DNA of 64,000 nucleotides from Schmidtea polychroa (GCA_044892525.1 CM097885.1:4404001-4468000), one strand, 5' to 3'; shown: positions 1-14,232, counted from the first letter of the stretch. Numbers and translations are program-made. The notes: generated by a model from the sequence alone, not told the origin.

Positions 1-196
1 TTGTCATAAATATAAAAGTGTAACATACTTGTTATGTCCTATATACGAAACTCTTGATAAACAACATAATCATTTAACCCAATGTATGCCTTCTAAAAAA
101 TCAGTTTTCCAAATTGCTTATTAAAAATATATATCAATAACATAAACCACTAATAGGAACACCGAAAAAAGTACTAACTTACAAAATCGATCATTA

Positions 197-899
197 ATGG
201 AAACAGTCAATAGATTAATTAAAAGACATTTAGAAATTCCCACAAAAAAGATGAAAGAAATAATAATCATTAGTGATGACGACGTTGTAAATAATGAAAC
301 TATAGCAATTAGTGATGACAACGATATTGTAAATAAAGAAATTGTTGTACCCCAAGTAGTTAGTGGTATAGTCGACGTAGTTTCTGACCGGAATAGTTCC
401 CATGTAATAGTTAGGATGGACATATCATCCTCGAATTGTGAAGTTCTTTCTGTTCCTGTCGTTCTCATAAAAAAGTTGTTAGAAGTTGTAAATAAAATGA
501 AATCACTAAAAATTCAATTTTGTATTAGAGTTTGAGAAAAATGATGAATTTCAGTATTTCATAATATCAAACTCTGCTCGTGTTTGGAGCAACACGTTTA
601 TTGATGATGGTATCTCTCTTTTAGATGAGAAAATTAGTAAGATAGATGAAATTGAACTAGGATTATATCTTGATGAATCTTTATCAGAAAGATATGAATT
701 ACTTCCATGTCGACTGATATATGTAGAATATAGGAATGATTCAGAAATTCTCAATGATGAATATGTAACAGACGGAGAATTTGACAAATCTCATATAGAT
801 TTTCTATTTGGTTTATATTTAAAATTATATTCGTTTGTATTGTATTTTCCACTAATTCCGTAGCTATTTTTATATGTTTGTTCTCAAGTTGGTCTTGAA
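197..899 (+). pseudogene. Fragment of Polinton pPolB N-terminal region (related, divergent family)
   Basis: ORF 197-535 plus a frameshifted continuation reads KKLLEVVNKMKSLKIQFCIR/EFEKNDEFQYFIISNSARVWSNTFIDDGISLLDEKISK. By eye this aligns with EERLIEEIEKMGNVKIQFTILIKFEKDP/DNYFSNNAQVFTANFINEGVSKLNEKIEQ in the Polinton at ~53640-53810. Homology is clear only to ~650. Confidence 0.65.
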
Positions 900-2573
900 T
901 AAGATTTACTTGTATTATACTTCGACGGATACGAAGATTCGTAATTTCGAATCATTGAATTGCTTGTTGAGGTACCGTAATTATGCAACATATTATTAAC
1001 ATTCTTCTCCAAATTCGTAAAAAAAAAGTAACACGTTTTTAAATCAATGTTCTGAAATAATATATGTAAATAAGATTGAATTTAGTATCTGGCATTTTGC
1101 TATTCAATGTATAAATGCTTATAAAATAGAGAAATCAACCTTGCCAAATTTATCTATTATTCTAACAATTTATCAAATTTCTAAAAGACAATTTCTGCAA
1201 TTCGTAGGAATGGAATCTGTTGGAATGAATTAATACTTCTCCCATTAACCATTTTAACAGCTTTGTAGATGATGTAATTTCCTGTATTGCGTCATCAATT
1301 ATATAATGGTTCTTTGTTCAGGGGTCCACGTGTTACCCTAATCTCATGCACGTCTGGTCGGCTATCAAAAATTTGGATTTTTCACATGTGATCTTCGTGA
1401 GTTGTCAGGTCTTATCTCGGCTACTAATTTTCATTGAACCAGCGTCCGTCTAGCCAAGTGGAAAATTTCGCTTTAGTCAATCGAAAATCATGGAATATAT
1501 CGAGGTGATCCAACGAAAATATCTGAAGATTAGTCTCCGAACATTGATTAATCTCAATTTTTCGATTTTACGACATCGTGTTATTGGATAGGGTAATTTT
1601 CTTTTAATGTGTAATTTTTATGAAATATTTTGAACTAATAAATTTTATATTCAATTTTGTTTTGTGTTAGTTTTTCTCCGTTCTTTTCAATTAATTTAAG
1701 CCGATCAACGAGTTAATAAACTATAGTTGTTGTATGAAACTGCTGGTGATGGAGTTGATGGAAATCTTGGAAAATTTCACAATGACTTGAGTTTACCTTT
1801 TCCAAACATGACATGATACCGCATTTTTCAAGAACGTTCTTTCAGTAAAATTATTTAAGTTTTCATGATTTTCAGCTTAAGTCTGTGGCACGATTTGGCA
1901 CAGTGATCACTTAGAGAAATACCTTATTTATTGACTTTCTTAAATTTCCTGCTGGTGTAACTCGTGTTCGAAGAAATGAGAATAACGAGATACGGACATT
2001 CCTAGTCATTGTGATAACATAACATATACAGAACAATGCAAGAACAGAACTATGACTAAACATGTAAATATTTAATTATATGTATATTTATTCTGTGTTT
2101 AGACATTAATTTATTTAAGTTTATGTTTATAAAAAATAATTATATAGATTATATAGAATTATATAAAGTGGTAATTACCGGTTTTGACAATTTTAAAATT
2201 TAGGAGAAATAAACTTTTCGAGAATTAAAGTTAAATTTTTAAATAATGATCGCAAAAACCAAAAATTTTTAAACACCACACTATATATCAAACTAATTGT
2301 TATTTGGGGTAGTAAAAAAATACTCAAAGACATTATTAATATCATATATACTGAGTTTATCCGACAATATATCCTGCTCCTGTTTGCCTTTTATTGAGGA
2401 CCAGGAGTTCGAAAATTAAGAAACCGGATAAAACAGAACATGATAACATAACATATATCGAACAATGCAAGAACAGAACTATAAAAAACATTTAAATATT
2501 TAATTATATGCATAAAATCACGTATGCTTGTTAATATAGAATTGACATTAGCAATCTAAACAATTTTAAAATT

Positions 2574-2786
2574 ATGGAATTTTCGTTAACGCAGAAAGGA
2601 AACCAAGTTCTACTGTACCAAGAATTTGAATACAGAGCAAATACGAGTCCAGTGATTAAATGGATATGTAAAAAATACTTCGATACCAAGTGTAAGGCAT
2701 TCTTGAAGACAAATGAAAAAAATGCTCTTGGAAAGATCTCACGTTATTGTCATGATTCAAAATCAAGGCACAAGCATACAGTTTGA
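2574..2786 (+). pseudogene. FLYWCH-type zinc-finger remnant, probably a MULE transposase N-terminus
   Basis: MEFSLTQKGNQVLLYQEFEY...IKWICKKYFDTKCKAFLKT...YCH matches the F...KG...L...Y...W.C...C.A...H pattern. No downstream catalytic domain seen. Confidence 0.55.
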
Positions 2787-5001
2787 AGGGTTTTAGTGCA
2801 ACTCCAAGGAATGTTATAGGAAATGTCTTAACTGTTGGACCTGAAAATTACAATTTGATGGTCACGCATTAACCCAAGAAGAATCATGGACACTTCAGAA
2901 GCTTTATATTGAAATAGGTGTAAAAGTCGTTAAAGTGCAGAGTTATTAAATTTAAATAGGCACCAAATTTTAAAAATTATATAGATAAGATAACGCAATT
3001 GAAAACTAATTCTCATTGTGAATTATACGAGACCTTTATAAATTTTTTAATAATAGTTTGTACGGGAAATCTGTAGAACTCAAAAAAAAGAATTTGAGGC
3101 TGTATGTTTCAAAGTCCCAATTCAGAAAATCAATAAGAAATCAATAAGGATGTGGGTTTAATTGCGAAGAATTTTAATGAAGTGTGTGCTTTGATAGACT
3201 CATCTACATCGGATATACCAGCTACAATATATAGAACTGGCCAAATATCGAGAAGAATTTATTTTTCAAAATTAATATCGTTGTCGGTGTTGGGCTAGAA
3301 CTGACTTCTAGACCCAAATTTCTAATTGTGACTGAAATGTAAGTACACAGCATACAAAAAGCGAAAAGTATAGTTAAATATTAAAAACTACACCAAATAA
3401 ACAATAGTAATTAAAAGAAAAAACAACAAAAACCTAAAACACAGAAATTAAATAAAAATTATACAAAAGCAAGTTATGCAAAATCTAACTCAAAAATACC
3501 CAAATAAACATAGAATTACAAAAAAGCAAACTCGAATAACTTAAAGAAAACGGTAAAAACAGTAAAAATTTCCAGAAAACCCGGAACATTCCATAAAAAT
3601 GGCGATGACCATCACAAAAGCCAGTTAGAACAACAAAAGTTAGAGAAAATAAATAAATTAGTATTAAAAATAAAAAAATCTTAAAAAGAAATTCCTAAAA
3701 CATCAGTTAAAATTAAAATAAAATTAAAATTAACATGGAATGTTCTGTAACCGTTCCAAATCCATCATGGACTGCAAATTAACGAAAAATAATTAAAAAA
3801 TAAAAATATAAAAATAAAAACAAAAATTATGGCACAAAAATTGCCATTAAAAATAGCAAAATCGTAAAATAGAAAATTCTGGAATAAAAAGAATTCGAGT
3901 TTGTTTTAATGCATCAATACATACACGTGTACAAAATAGGTATATATACTGACACGTTTCAGTCACAAGAATCACTTTTTATGCCAATATTTTGTGGACA
4001 AAATTTTTGTCGAAAATCTAATAGTAAGTAGTTTTTCTTTTTGATTGACATTCATCGTTTTCATTATCGATTATAATATTTTTATGTTTTGTATCTGACT
4101 CATTAATGTAAATTATTTTAATGTCAACTATTTTAATGTAAATCGATTTTAACATTCTCAAGACCTAATTTGTTTCTATTATATTTTTTTTAAATACGAC
4201 TAATCAGCGGCGTCTCAGTGCGTCTCTATTTAGTCCTGCATTTGATGTTAATCTTCAAATAACGATTTTACATGCAGACATGCAATATCTCTTATATAAT
4301 TTTTTTGTTCGGTCATCGGAGGTCGGCCACTTCGGTCGACAGTGATGTTTCGACTCAACATTACAGTAGGGCTTGTCGTAGCGGTCACAGTGGGGCCGTG
4401 TAAGCAAGCATTCTTCCCGAGTTGAATGCAGAACATAATTAAACTCAACATTAAAAATCTTATACAATAGTTTTACACTAAGGTCATAATTGAGTAGAAC
4501 TCAGACCCAAACTAAACACATGTAGTCGGTTGAACATCATGGAAAAGCTCGATTATATCTAAACGTTGTCGAACCTCATTGATATATAAAATTTTCGTGT
4601 CATTGTAAAGATCTTTCTCAGAATTAAAAGCATTGATCCTCATAAAGAAGTTCGACAAGCGTAAATAGTAAAATGAAAAGACTCAGTTAATTATATCGTA
4701 GAATATAATCAGGAAGGGATAGGTCGTGAAGGCCTCATGTTAGTAAATTGTGAACGTAACCTCATTTTACCATTAAATTGTTAACCTGCAGATGTACGAT
4801 ATGCCGAACTATAAAATATAATTTTGAATAACACCTGATCTCTAAATGTATGATTCGTCATACAATCGATCATCTTTTAGACATTGCATATAGGTCTTAT
4901 TGCGTATGGGGTGTCCCCAGGGACGAGATGACCTTCCCTATCCTTCATCTATTAATTCTATACGATTAATTGTATCGCTTTTACGCCTATGAAGACTAGT
5001 T

Positions 5002-5469
5002 ATGGAGCTTCATTATTACCTTCATTTAGTGTACAAATTCCTCGAAAATCTACGAAAGGACCGCGAACAGGCCCAGCAGCAAGCCGAAGACCTTCGAAGT
5101 CGGGTCCAGAAGCTCAAGATCAAGTGCCGGGAACTCGAAGGTACTTGGTTCAGTCCGGCTGAGATGAAGAAACGGACAACACACATCTCACAACTCCAGA
5201 CCCAGGCGGAGCAAGATCAACTAGAGATCCGAGCGCTGAAGCTACAAGTGCGCTCGCTCGAGAGCAAACTGAACGAAAGGTTCATCCAGGACACTCACTG
5301 CGAGCAGATTCGCCCACTTCCGGTGGAGCTGGCCAAGATATACCCACCAGCCCAGGCAAGCAAGCCGAAACGTAAACGGCTAGGGCGGAATACCCGAGAC
5401 AAATTGAAAAGGGCCTGGCTGGCCGAGCAAGAAAAATTGAAAGAAACTGAAGCCAATCCACGATCCTGA
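5002..5469 (+). CDS. Unassigned 155-aa coiled-coil/basic ORF in a locally GC-rich island, probably mobile-element derived
   Basis: Open frame with heptad-like E/Q/K/L/R composition and a KPKRKR basic patch. Base composition is much more GC-rich than the flanks. Family not recognised. Confidence 0.35.
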   Translation: MELHYYLHLVYKFLENLRKDREQAQQQAEDLRSRVQKLKIKCRELEGTWFSPAEMKKRTTHISQLQTQAEQDQLEIRALKLQVRSLESKLNERFIQDTHCEQIRPLPVELAKIYPPAQASKPKRKRLGRNTRDKLKRAWLAEQEKLKETEANPRS

Positions 5470-6157
5470 GAGACGTTCGAGAGTGCGACCCTCCTGAGCA
5501 AAACAGATCTTGTAATATAGTAGTGGTTAAATAAATGATTTTTGTTGGCTAATGAGTATGTGATTAAACTTTGCGGTTGTCTAGAACAAGATGGTTGACA
5601 GAAAGGCGTTTGGGAAAACAATCTCGATAAGGGACCGAAATAAATCGGACACGTGCGTTCTATCGGCGTCCGTGAACCCATAGAGTGCTCGACAATTATA
5701 GTGCTCTTAACGCGCTCACTTTTTGCGAGTACTCAACCCCTTGGTACAGTACCAACGTTGATTGCTCAACGGGTACCAAGAGGAAAACAATGTTGTGTGT
5801 TGGGTTGCGCTGGTAACAGCACTTAAACATTCAACCATCAGTAACCCACCATCGGTGACACCGACTTCTTGAAGTTATGCACTGTAAGCTTGACTCCTAT
5901 ACCGACAATGATTAGAGACCAGCTTTAAGATACTTCAAATTATGACTTTGCTCATTTTTTGTACTCAAGAAACCCTAATTCAATTTGGAAAATTTAAGAG
6001 TAAAGGTTTTGAGTACAAAGAATTGTATTAAAGTTTGTTATGAAACAACACTAATTAAATTGAGTGATGCTCATTAGGTTTTACTATTAATTATTTTGGA
6101 AAGAAATTGATATTTATATATATTTATTGAATGAATATCACAATTGCAAAATCTCAA

Positions 6158-6865
6158 TGTTAAAGTGAATTCTGGCAAAAAAGTTTATGGTATTCAGATA
6201 CGAATAAATAATATCAGAAATATATAATTGAATTTTATCGGTTGATCAAGTTTTGATTAATTGTTGTGTAATATGAAGTATATAAATGACAACACTTTAT
6301 TTAATAGTCAATCGTATCCACTCTCAAACTTTCGTAAGTTTTGAAATTATTTAATTAACTTTTATATTATTTTTCTAGATATTGAACAACTTAACTAGCA
6401 ACAATAAAATGAATGGAAATAATTTATTAGTACAAGGTTATTTCGCATAAATATTATTACAAGGCCGCTAGCAATATAATTTCATAGTCCTTAACTTTCT
6501 ATTTATAAATCGTTATAATGAAAACAAGTATGTATCGAAAGGACATTTTTCTTATAACCACCTTTTTAGCAAATTAAATTCTGCCTATATGGAAATTTTA
6601 AAACTATGAAAATAAAATTATTTTATAAATGTTTAAAAAATCACGGTCGCCTCATTTAAATTTTAATTGGCGAATTTTGGAAAATAAAGTTTTCTGTCAT
6701 TTTTATTTTAAAATTGCTTTGATGTGGATATTCGTAAAGATTTATATAGCAATTCAGTTTCATCAGTTTCAATCAGAAACATCGAAGGATCAAAAAGCGA
6801 TGTCACTATGAACACTTGGCCGCCACAAGCCAGTTATGCGACATAAATTTTTTCAATAAATGAAG
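6158..6865. repeat. Dispersed repeat; inverted copy at 62746-64000
   Basis: Near-identical to the reverse complement of the window end (e.g. tgttaaagtgaattctggcaaaaaag...gaacacttggccgccacaag). This copy lacks the MITE found at 63060-63607. Confidence 0.9.
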
Positions 6866-6984
6866 AAAAATTATATGGATGCAACTATGTAGTCCAGTCA
6901 ATGATCGAACGAGCCAACCGAACCATATCCGGAATGTTACAAAAATTGCGTCACTAGATACAAATGTGGAGCCAATGAATCGGA

Positions 6985-7330
6985 CCCCATCAGCTTGGTC
7001 AAAGGCGTAAAACAAGGCTGTCCCTTACCCATGACCCTATTCATCATCTGTATCGAGTTTATGCTGAGAGGAGTCATGGAATTACACCTTGGGTCATGTA
7101 TAGCGGACACAAAAAAATATATACTCGCATACGCAGATGACTTAGTCTTAATTGCAAACACAGCACAGGACCTACAAACAATAATCGATGAGCTCATCAA
7201 CTTATCCAAACACTGACATTCAAACCTAAAAATGTGGTTATTACAGGGATCCGAGAGACAGATGCTGTATGATAACTATCTATGGCAGTGACCTCAAATT
7301 GATGGACTTCAATAGCCTCTACACTCACCA
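6985..7330 (+). pseudogene. Non-LTR retrotransposon reverse transcriptase fragment
   Basis: GVKQGCPL..LF and ILAYADDLVLIA motifs (RT domains 4-5). Truncated on both sides. Confidence 0.85.
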
Positions 7331-7344
7331 GTCCACTGCTCATA

Positions 7345-7605
7345 ACCATTAAATTTCTTAGGGATTCCAGCTATGTCTTGGAATTCCGCATTATTAATTT
7401 TAATCTCCCCAATTGAGCTCCTCACCGATATGGAGATGTATAACTTTTTCGAGGGTGGTATCCGCGGCGGACTAACTTTTGTAAATAAGCACTAACCTCG
7501 AGACCCCAGACCAAGTTGCTTTACATAGATATAAATAATTTATATGGTTGGGCTTTAAGTCAACCATTACCTTGCAGTGACTTTGCATGGGTTACTGATG
7601 ATTGT
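7345..7605 (+). pseudogene. Polinton pPolB catalytic-domain fragment
   Basis: Across frameshifts it reads PLNFLGIPAMSWNSAL / FNLPIELLTDMEMYNFFEGGIRGGLTFVNKH / LLYIDINNLYGWALSQPLPCSDFAWV. These are the GxRGG motif and motif A (D.N.LYG) of protein-primed PolB. Confidence 0.85.
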
Positions 7606-9279
7606 ATGTATTCCTCCTTTCGGACTATTTCCAACAATTCCGTGCCAAGACCATTACATATATTTGTTATAGAGAAATTTTATATTGAAATAAAGAAATG
7701 GATAACTGCAAAGCAAAGTAAAAACCTTTCAATCGTGTTATGGAATAAAATATTGATAATAATTAGTATTTTATTCACTTAATTTGGTGTTAGTAGCCCT
7801 GGTCACGTGTATTCCAGCCCACACCACCGAAAATAACATTCTTCTAAAGAAATGCGAGAATAAATGAAGAAAAATTATATGGATGGAATTTCCCTCAAAC
7901 ATGCCACAATGAGTGAATGCCAGTCGCGTTCCCACTCGCTAAAATCAGTATTAATATTAAATTCAAAAGGTACGCTAACATTAATATAGGAAGATCTGTT
8001 GCGTAAAGCTAATTCATATAACCTAATGTCAAGCATATTCCATATCGATGGATGTTTGAATGGAAATCATTATCTGTTGCTGTCAAATAAATTTTTATAT
8101 ATTCGATTATTTGCTTTATAGAACAAATTTATTAAAAACATGACCTTGACCTTATACAATATAGAAAGGTCTGTTACGTAATGATAATTCATGCTGACTA
8201 TCATATAAGGATATTGGAGGGTAATTATATATAATGCAAGGACATTGTGGTAAATATGCTTTAGGTTCATTTGTACGAGCAACTCCAATAAATATATCTC
8301 GCTCGCGTTCATTTAATATGATTTACATTTTTATAATCACAATATATTTCCCCTCCAATAATTATTTGCTTGCCTATGCAATCATCAAGACTAAATTTGT
8401 GCAGCAATAAACAAAATCCGTGATTCCAGTTATCGCGACAAATTGAAGTAAATAAAGATTTCCTCCATTAGATAACCCCTTCTGAATTAATTGTTTTGGC
8501 TTTCCCTGCTTTAGAGCTGATAATAAGATAAATTCCGAGCACACGCCGAAGAAACTCTTTGTTTTTCCAATTATATAAATCAGGATGCTTCTCAAAATAC
8601 TTATTGACTTATTGTCGATTGTGCTCATCAGTAACATCGGAATCACTATTTGCCATAACAGTCGAAAATTCATTATAAATTAAGATATTCCGCAAAATTA
8701 TGAAATCGTATTAACAAACTATCATAAGCGATTAATGGTGTTAAATATCGATTTTTTAAATCATTATATAGATAAAAACATTAAAAACTATTATCAGCTT
8801 TATTGAGAGCCGAAAAATATTATAATTAATAAAATGAATAATATAAATTCAGAAATTTTACCCAGTCCAGAATCGCCATTTTGCAATTCAGCATTTCGAA
8901 TTACATATAGAAATCTATCTTAGCTAAATTAAATTCAATAAATATATCAATTAATATATAATAAACATACTAGTTCGTCAAAATATTTGACGTTAATCAG
9001 AAAATTGAATAAAAAATGCAAATAAACATTTATTGGACATTTAAAAATAAAATCTACATTAATAAAACAAATTTATATTATAATAAAATTAAATATTTAA
9101 ATGATAAATAATTATATTTCAACTTTTTGCATTTAAATAATATTTTAAATAATTTAAAAGGAGTTATGAAATTTTTTTTCTTTGAATCCTGAATTACTCA
9201 TTTATAGCCTCCATTTCCAAATGGAAACAATTATAGAAGTTTCAAGAATATAAAACAAGAATATAAAAAATATAAAACA

Positions 9280-9858
9280 TCACTCTACATTTTGATCTTC
9301 CGAACAGCTTACACAAATTAACGCCGCTTGTCTAAAGCATATATTTTACCGCATGAAACGCATACAGTCGAATACTTTCTGTCAAGATTTCGGGGCAATG
9401 TATGCATCGTTTTATGGCTGATGGAACTTCCCTTTGATATTGTTCTTGTAAAATATTGTTACTATGAAGTGCATAATATGTCGGCGTTGTGTTCGTGTGA
9501 AGGTTTGCATAGTACTTCTATATTTCAGGAAGTCATCAAAAAGAGAAAAATCTAATGTTTTGAGATATTTTTCTAGGTTTTATAAATTTTTTCATGCAAA
9601 AAAATATACGTAATCGGTCGTATGGAGTCTTTACAAGCCCGTGCGCTAACAAAAGTCTACTCTACTCAGGCATTGTGTGCAAACTCAGCCGCGCATATAT
9701 TGCAAAGTGCGTACTTGTTATTTAGGCAGCTATTGAGACACACAAACCTGTAACTTAAATAATTAAAAAGTTATGTCGGTTGTTCTAAGCTCCGGGCCTT
9801 TAAAGACCCCACGCGACCGACGATGTAAGAAAAATGGGCGCTACCGACGTAGGGTTAA
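9280..9858 (-). mobile_element. piggyBac-like remnant
   Basis: Minus strand across frameshifts gives HKRCIHCP..LDRKYSTVCVSCGK...ICVSC, like the piggyBac C-terminal Cys-rich domain. A TTAA-CCCT terminus (agggttaa) is at ~9851-9858. Other end not found. Confidence 0.5.
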
Positions 9859-10677
9859 TTAGTAATTTAATATACAAATAAATATACATGTTCGTATATT
9901 ATAGCAAAACCTTGTTTTTATTCTGTTAATTGTAGTTTTAATTTTTTTTGTATTAAAGTTATTATTGTTTAAAACGTGTTAATATTATTACTTATATTAA
10001 AAAAGAAGATGGGGAGGCGCCAAGAAAAAATTTTTTGGGAGGAGGCGCGTTAGCATAGAGGTTGGAAACCGCTGCTTTAAGATATATTTATATAACTTAA
10101 AACTTTCTAAGATGAAATGAGGATATTTAAATGTAAAAACAAAACCAACAAATATCAAAACAAATATTTGAACAAAATATGACCGCTTAACAAAATTGAA
10201 TTTGGATGTCTTTACTGGCAACCTCATGGACTCATCCAGTGACCATTGTCTTAAGAGATACTGCAACTGAGAAACAAATAATTAAAGCTGAATTGCTGAA
10301 TATGTTCTAATAACTGACTTTTTACGCATATCTCAAAGATGATTTATGGAAATTGTGCATGCTCTTTTTATTTTCAGTGAATGAATAAGTTCAAGGATTT
10401 CACAATGACCGCTGCGGTCGACTAGGTCCACATAACCAACTGTCTTGAACTAAAATTTTAAAACAATCTTAATGCTATGGGCAGAAAGACTCATGGTTTC
10501 TTTAAGCGGGATATAGTAAGTATTTCGCCACTAACTCGGTTACATCTAGTTAATTTCCTAACAAATCCCAAATTGTAATGCGGCCTTTCAATTTGACATT
10601 CACTATGGTTGACAATAGAATGTATAAATATATTTAATCATCATATCACTCTAACCATCCGAGTCGCTTTGTAAGCC

Positions 10678-11000
10678 TCTTTACTTGTGTCATTAATAAT
10701 ATCACAGGGATCACTCCTGCCTCTCCTTGTGTTCTATTATTTTACAGTTATAAATTGAAAGGGCGTTGATTGATTAAAAATTAATTTTTGATTTACTAAT
10801 TTATTAATTTATTGAATTAATTAAATTTTTATTACAAAAAACAAATACATTTATTTGCTGTTAATTATGATCCGCCTGTTCCTAAGTCTCTCATAATAGA
10901 ATTCATTGCGCAATCGTGTTCAGTATTGCATCATTGCGTTTTCTATAATATATAAATGTTGTTGTTGGTTTTGATGTTATTGTTGTTGTTGTTTTTCTCT
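10678..11000. repeat. Dispersed repeat; direct copy at ~19005-19380
   Basis: Shared blocks ttttacttgtgtcatt...cactcctgc...aaattgaaaggg and atccgc.tgttcc...aatagaattcattgcg.aatcgtgttcag.attgcatcattg, each followed by (gtt)n. Confidence 0.8.
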
Positions 11001-13862
11001 TGTTGTTATTTTTGCTTTCGGGATTTTTAAAATTATTTTTGAAAGTAATTATAGGAGTCTTCTCAATTATTCTTTGTGAATTGGATAGCCATTTCCTGGC
11101 TTGCATTCCAGCATTACGTCATACCCTTATCAGGTCATGTTTCAGCTCAATTCCTTCATCTACTAAATCCATAGAACCCGTCGTGTCGTCCATATATGTT
11201 GACTTGCAGATTCTTCCAGTTACATTTCGGTGTTCATCTGCAAAACCGTGCTCCGCCAATTTCTTTCATATATCTTTTACAACGATCTCCGTAAACCAAG
11301 TTAGTCAGCTCCAGTCAATCCATTTGCTCTTCTTTTTTTCTATTTTTTCTTCAATTTTTCTTTTTCTCTAGTCAATTAACTATTCTCGGATCAAATATTT
11401 ATTAATAAAAATGTTCAAATACATAATTAATATGTGAAGAGGAAATATAGTAACAAGCTACTGTATGGGGCGTTGAGTTTGCTCGAGTGCCGTTCTTACG
11501 ATACTTGTACTATTACCAGTGACATATTTTACGGCTTACCCGTTGGATTTCTTTTTAACTTTCTAATTGTGCAAATAAAAATCATTTTACTCTCCTCGTA
11601 GTCATATTTTGTAAATTCCAACCGATGACACTCACTTAATATTTAAGTACACCAAGGCTGAGAACGCAGCTTCACGCGTATAAGTGGTGACAAAAGACAT
11701 GAAAAATTGTATCGCTTTATTGCTATTGCTTGGATATTCCTTTTGACAGCGAGACCAAAAATTAATTAGTGGTACAGTTTTAAGCACTTTTTAAGATCGG
11801 TGTCACATGATATTATTACATCTGTTAGTCACTAGGAATAGTGCCACAGTGTGTATTTGTAGTATAGCAGATATTTGTATTTGTATACACACTTCTGCAT
11901 TATTCCTAATGACTAACACATGTAATAATATGTAAATGATTTCTTTTTGTGATTTTACAAATATTTCCGCAACCCAGCTGAATTTTTCTGCGACTCGGTG
12001 GGGGGTTGTGACACACACTTTGGGTAACGCTGCACTAAATAACAACGACCATTTAAAAATATTGGTTATTTGTTTAAATGTAACTATATAGTTAGATGAA
12101 AAACATGAAAAAAATATTTTTATACGAACCTCGCCGACAGTTACATTTGACAGATATATACATATTAGTAATATATTTACTAGTATCAGACAATCAACAA
12201 ATTAGATAAATAAGTTAAATAATAGGTAATGCATATTTTGCAGACATACTAAAACGATTCCGTAATATATATATAATATCCATTTGAATGCCCTATCAAA
12301 TACATTTGCAATTTTTAATAACCTCAATAGCAAATACTACCAACTAACCGAAATAGTAAACCCACATAATAAACAACCGTACCATACAACCTTTTCCAAC
12401 AAATAACATCCCAATACCACCAATACAACAGCCACAATATTATCTATACCATTAATACCTTGAATAACTTATACAAACAACTTTTAATTACATTTATACG
12501 CAACTCAGAAATAATAGTAAACAAATTAACTATAATATAATAACCGACTTCTTTTTTATATTAAATTACTAATACAAACAATTAATAAACTTATGAACTT
12601 TTATTCTATTTTCACTACTGATTTCTTTTCAATTGACATTGAATATCCAAAACATCGATATATTTACTGATTCATAATCAAGCGTTTTAATAAATACAAT
12701 TAATAACCTGTCTTGTTATAAATCAAAATCTTACAAAACAACAACTTATATCAATCAATAACGATACAGTCCATATTATAAAACCAATTATCAACAATGA
12801 TACAAATACTCATTCACAATCATCAGCTCTCAATCCATAAAATATTATTAAAACTACTTCATTAAGTATGCCAAGCACCCCACAAAACTCAAACAACACT
12901 GCATTAGAAACAAATATTTCCAACTTACATAACATAAATAATTCACGCAGACCACACCATACATAACCTATACAATCAATAGAAGGACATAGTAAAAATC
13001 ATGCCCCAACAACACCAGACCAATTAGAAGATATCGAGAATTATACCCCAATGAGTCTTATAGATATAGAAACAACCTCTAATCCTTACCTAGATGATGA
13101 GAGTTTGAATAAAAGACAATACTCTCCTCTACAAACAACCAATAACATTTCACCCAAAAATGTCACAATAAACATAAAACTAACACACAACAGCCACAGT
13201 CTACCTTTGGTTTTAATGAATACCCCAAAATAATCTCCCAGTCTAATCAAATAAAACCAATATAAAGAATAACACAACTGACAATCTTAAACCGAAAGCC
13301 ACTGCAAACAACTCAAACAATTATAAAAATACTAAAGATATTCAAAAGAAAATTGCCACCCCCCCTTATAACTATTTCTTATCAACAAAGCTATCAATGG
13401 AATATAAAGGAAATAAAACGAATACTAACCAAACAGAAACCATAATACAAGAAACTCAGAAGCTAACTCAATCTCATAAAACCCCCTCTCTTTTAGCAAT
13501 ACAAACCTTTAATGAAACAATAAACACAATAAATGTCATAATAAACTAGAACACCCAGATGTCCCAATGCCCCAATCACTTGATATTTTGATAAAGAATG
13601 AAGTAACAGAGAAGCCAGTTTTAGTCATACAGAGACCACGACTCGTCCTGACGGATTCACCTGACTCCAACATACAGAGTAGTCAGAATTAACCACCGAT
13701 ATTAAAGCATCAAATCGGTCAAGCTCATAACAATAAATACTGAAAGCAAAATAATATGAAGAAAGCGCAAATATTATTTTTAAATAAAATTAAGACAATT
13801 ATATAAATAGTGAAAACAATTAGATCAATTTTTATTTAAATATTTGTTTAAATGAATTTCAA

Positions 13863-14060
13863 ATTTTCAATTTTGCACCTGAGCAGCAATTAATCTTTTT
13901 GTGGCAGCAAATGAATTGATTGAGATATCAAGGCAATTATAAATGCAAATGAGATCATTTCTATCATTTGATCATTTCCTCCATTTGCCATCATCGCGAT
14001 GGAGAATTCGTTGAGGCGAATTTACTCATGAATTACACGTTATGCAGGAAATGGCCTAAA
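13863..14060 (-). pseudogene. Degenerate 3' end (MATH C-terminus) of a second TRAF paralog
   Basis: gcacctgagcagcaatt...ttgattgag.tatcaa...taaatgcaaat...tttct.tcatttga duplicates 14235-14360 of the adjacent TRAF gene. Confidence 0.7.
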
Positions 14061-14232
14061 TGTGGAAATAAGTATAATGACTCACAGAAATATTAATAAA
14101 TGATCAAATATAAATAATTCATTTTATTTATCAATCACAACTTGATAGCATTACATAATTATATCAAACGCATAATTAAACAAATCAAAAGCCAAAATAA
14201 ATCAATTTTTTATTGAAATGTTTGTTTAAATG

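Noticed and set aside
3945..3990. Possible Penelope-type hammerhead ribozyme (gaaacgtgtcagt on the minus strand; also ctgagga...gaaa at ~21505)
   Set aside because: The CUGANGA core or the pairing stems could not be completed by eye.
8040..8680. Two short minus-strand ORFs that might be a decayed gene
   Set aside because: No identifiable domain or consistent splice structure.
12200..13750. A/C-skewed region resembling a decayed retroelement ORF (also 3330-3900)
   Set aside because: No recognisable protein motif and many stops, so it cannot be assigned.
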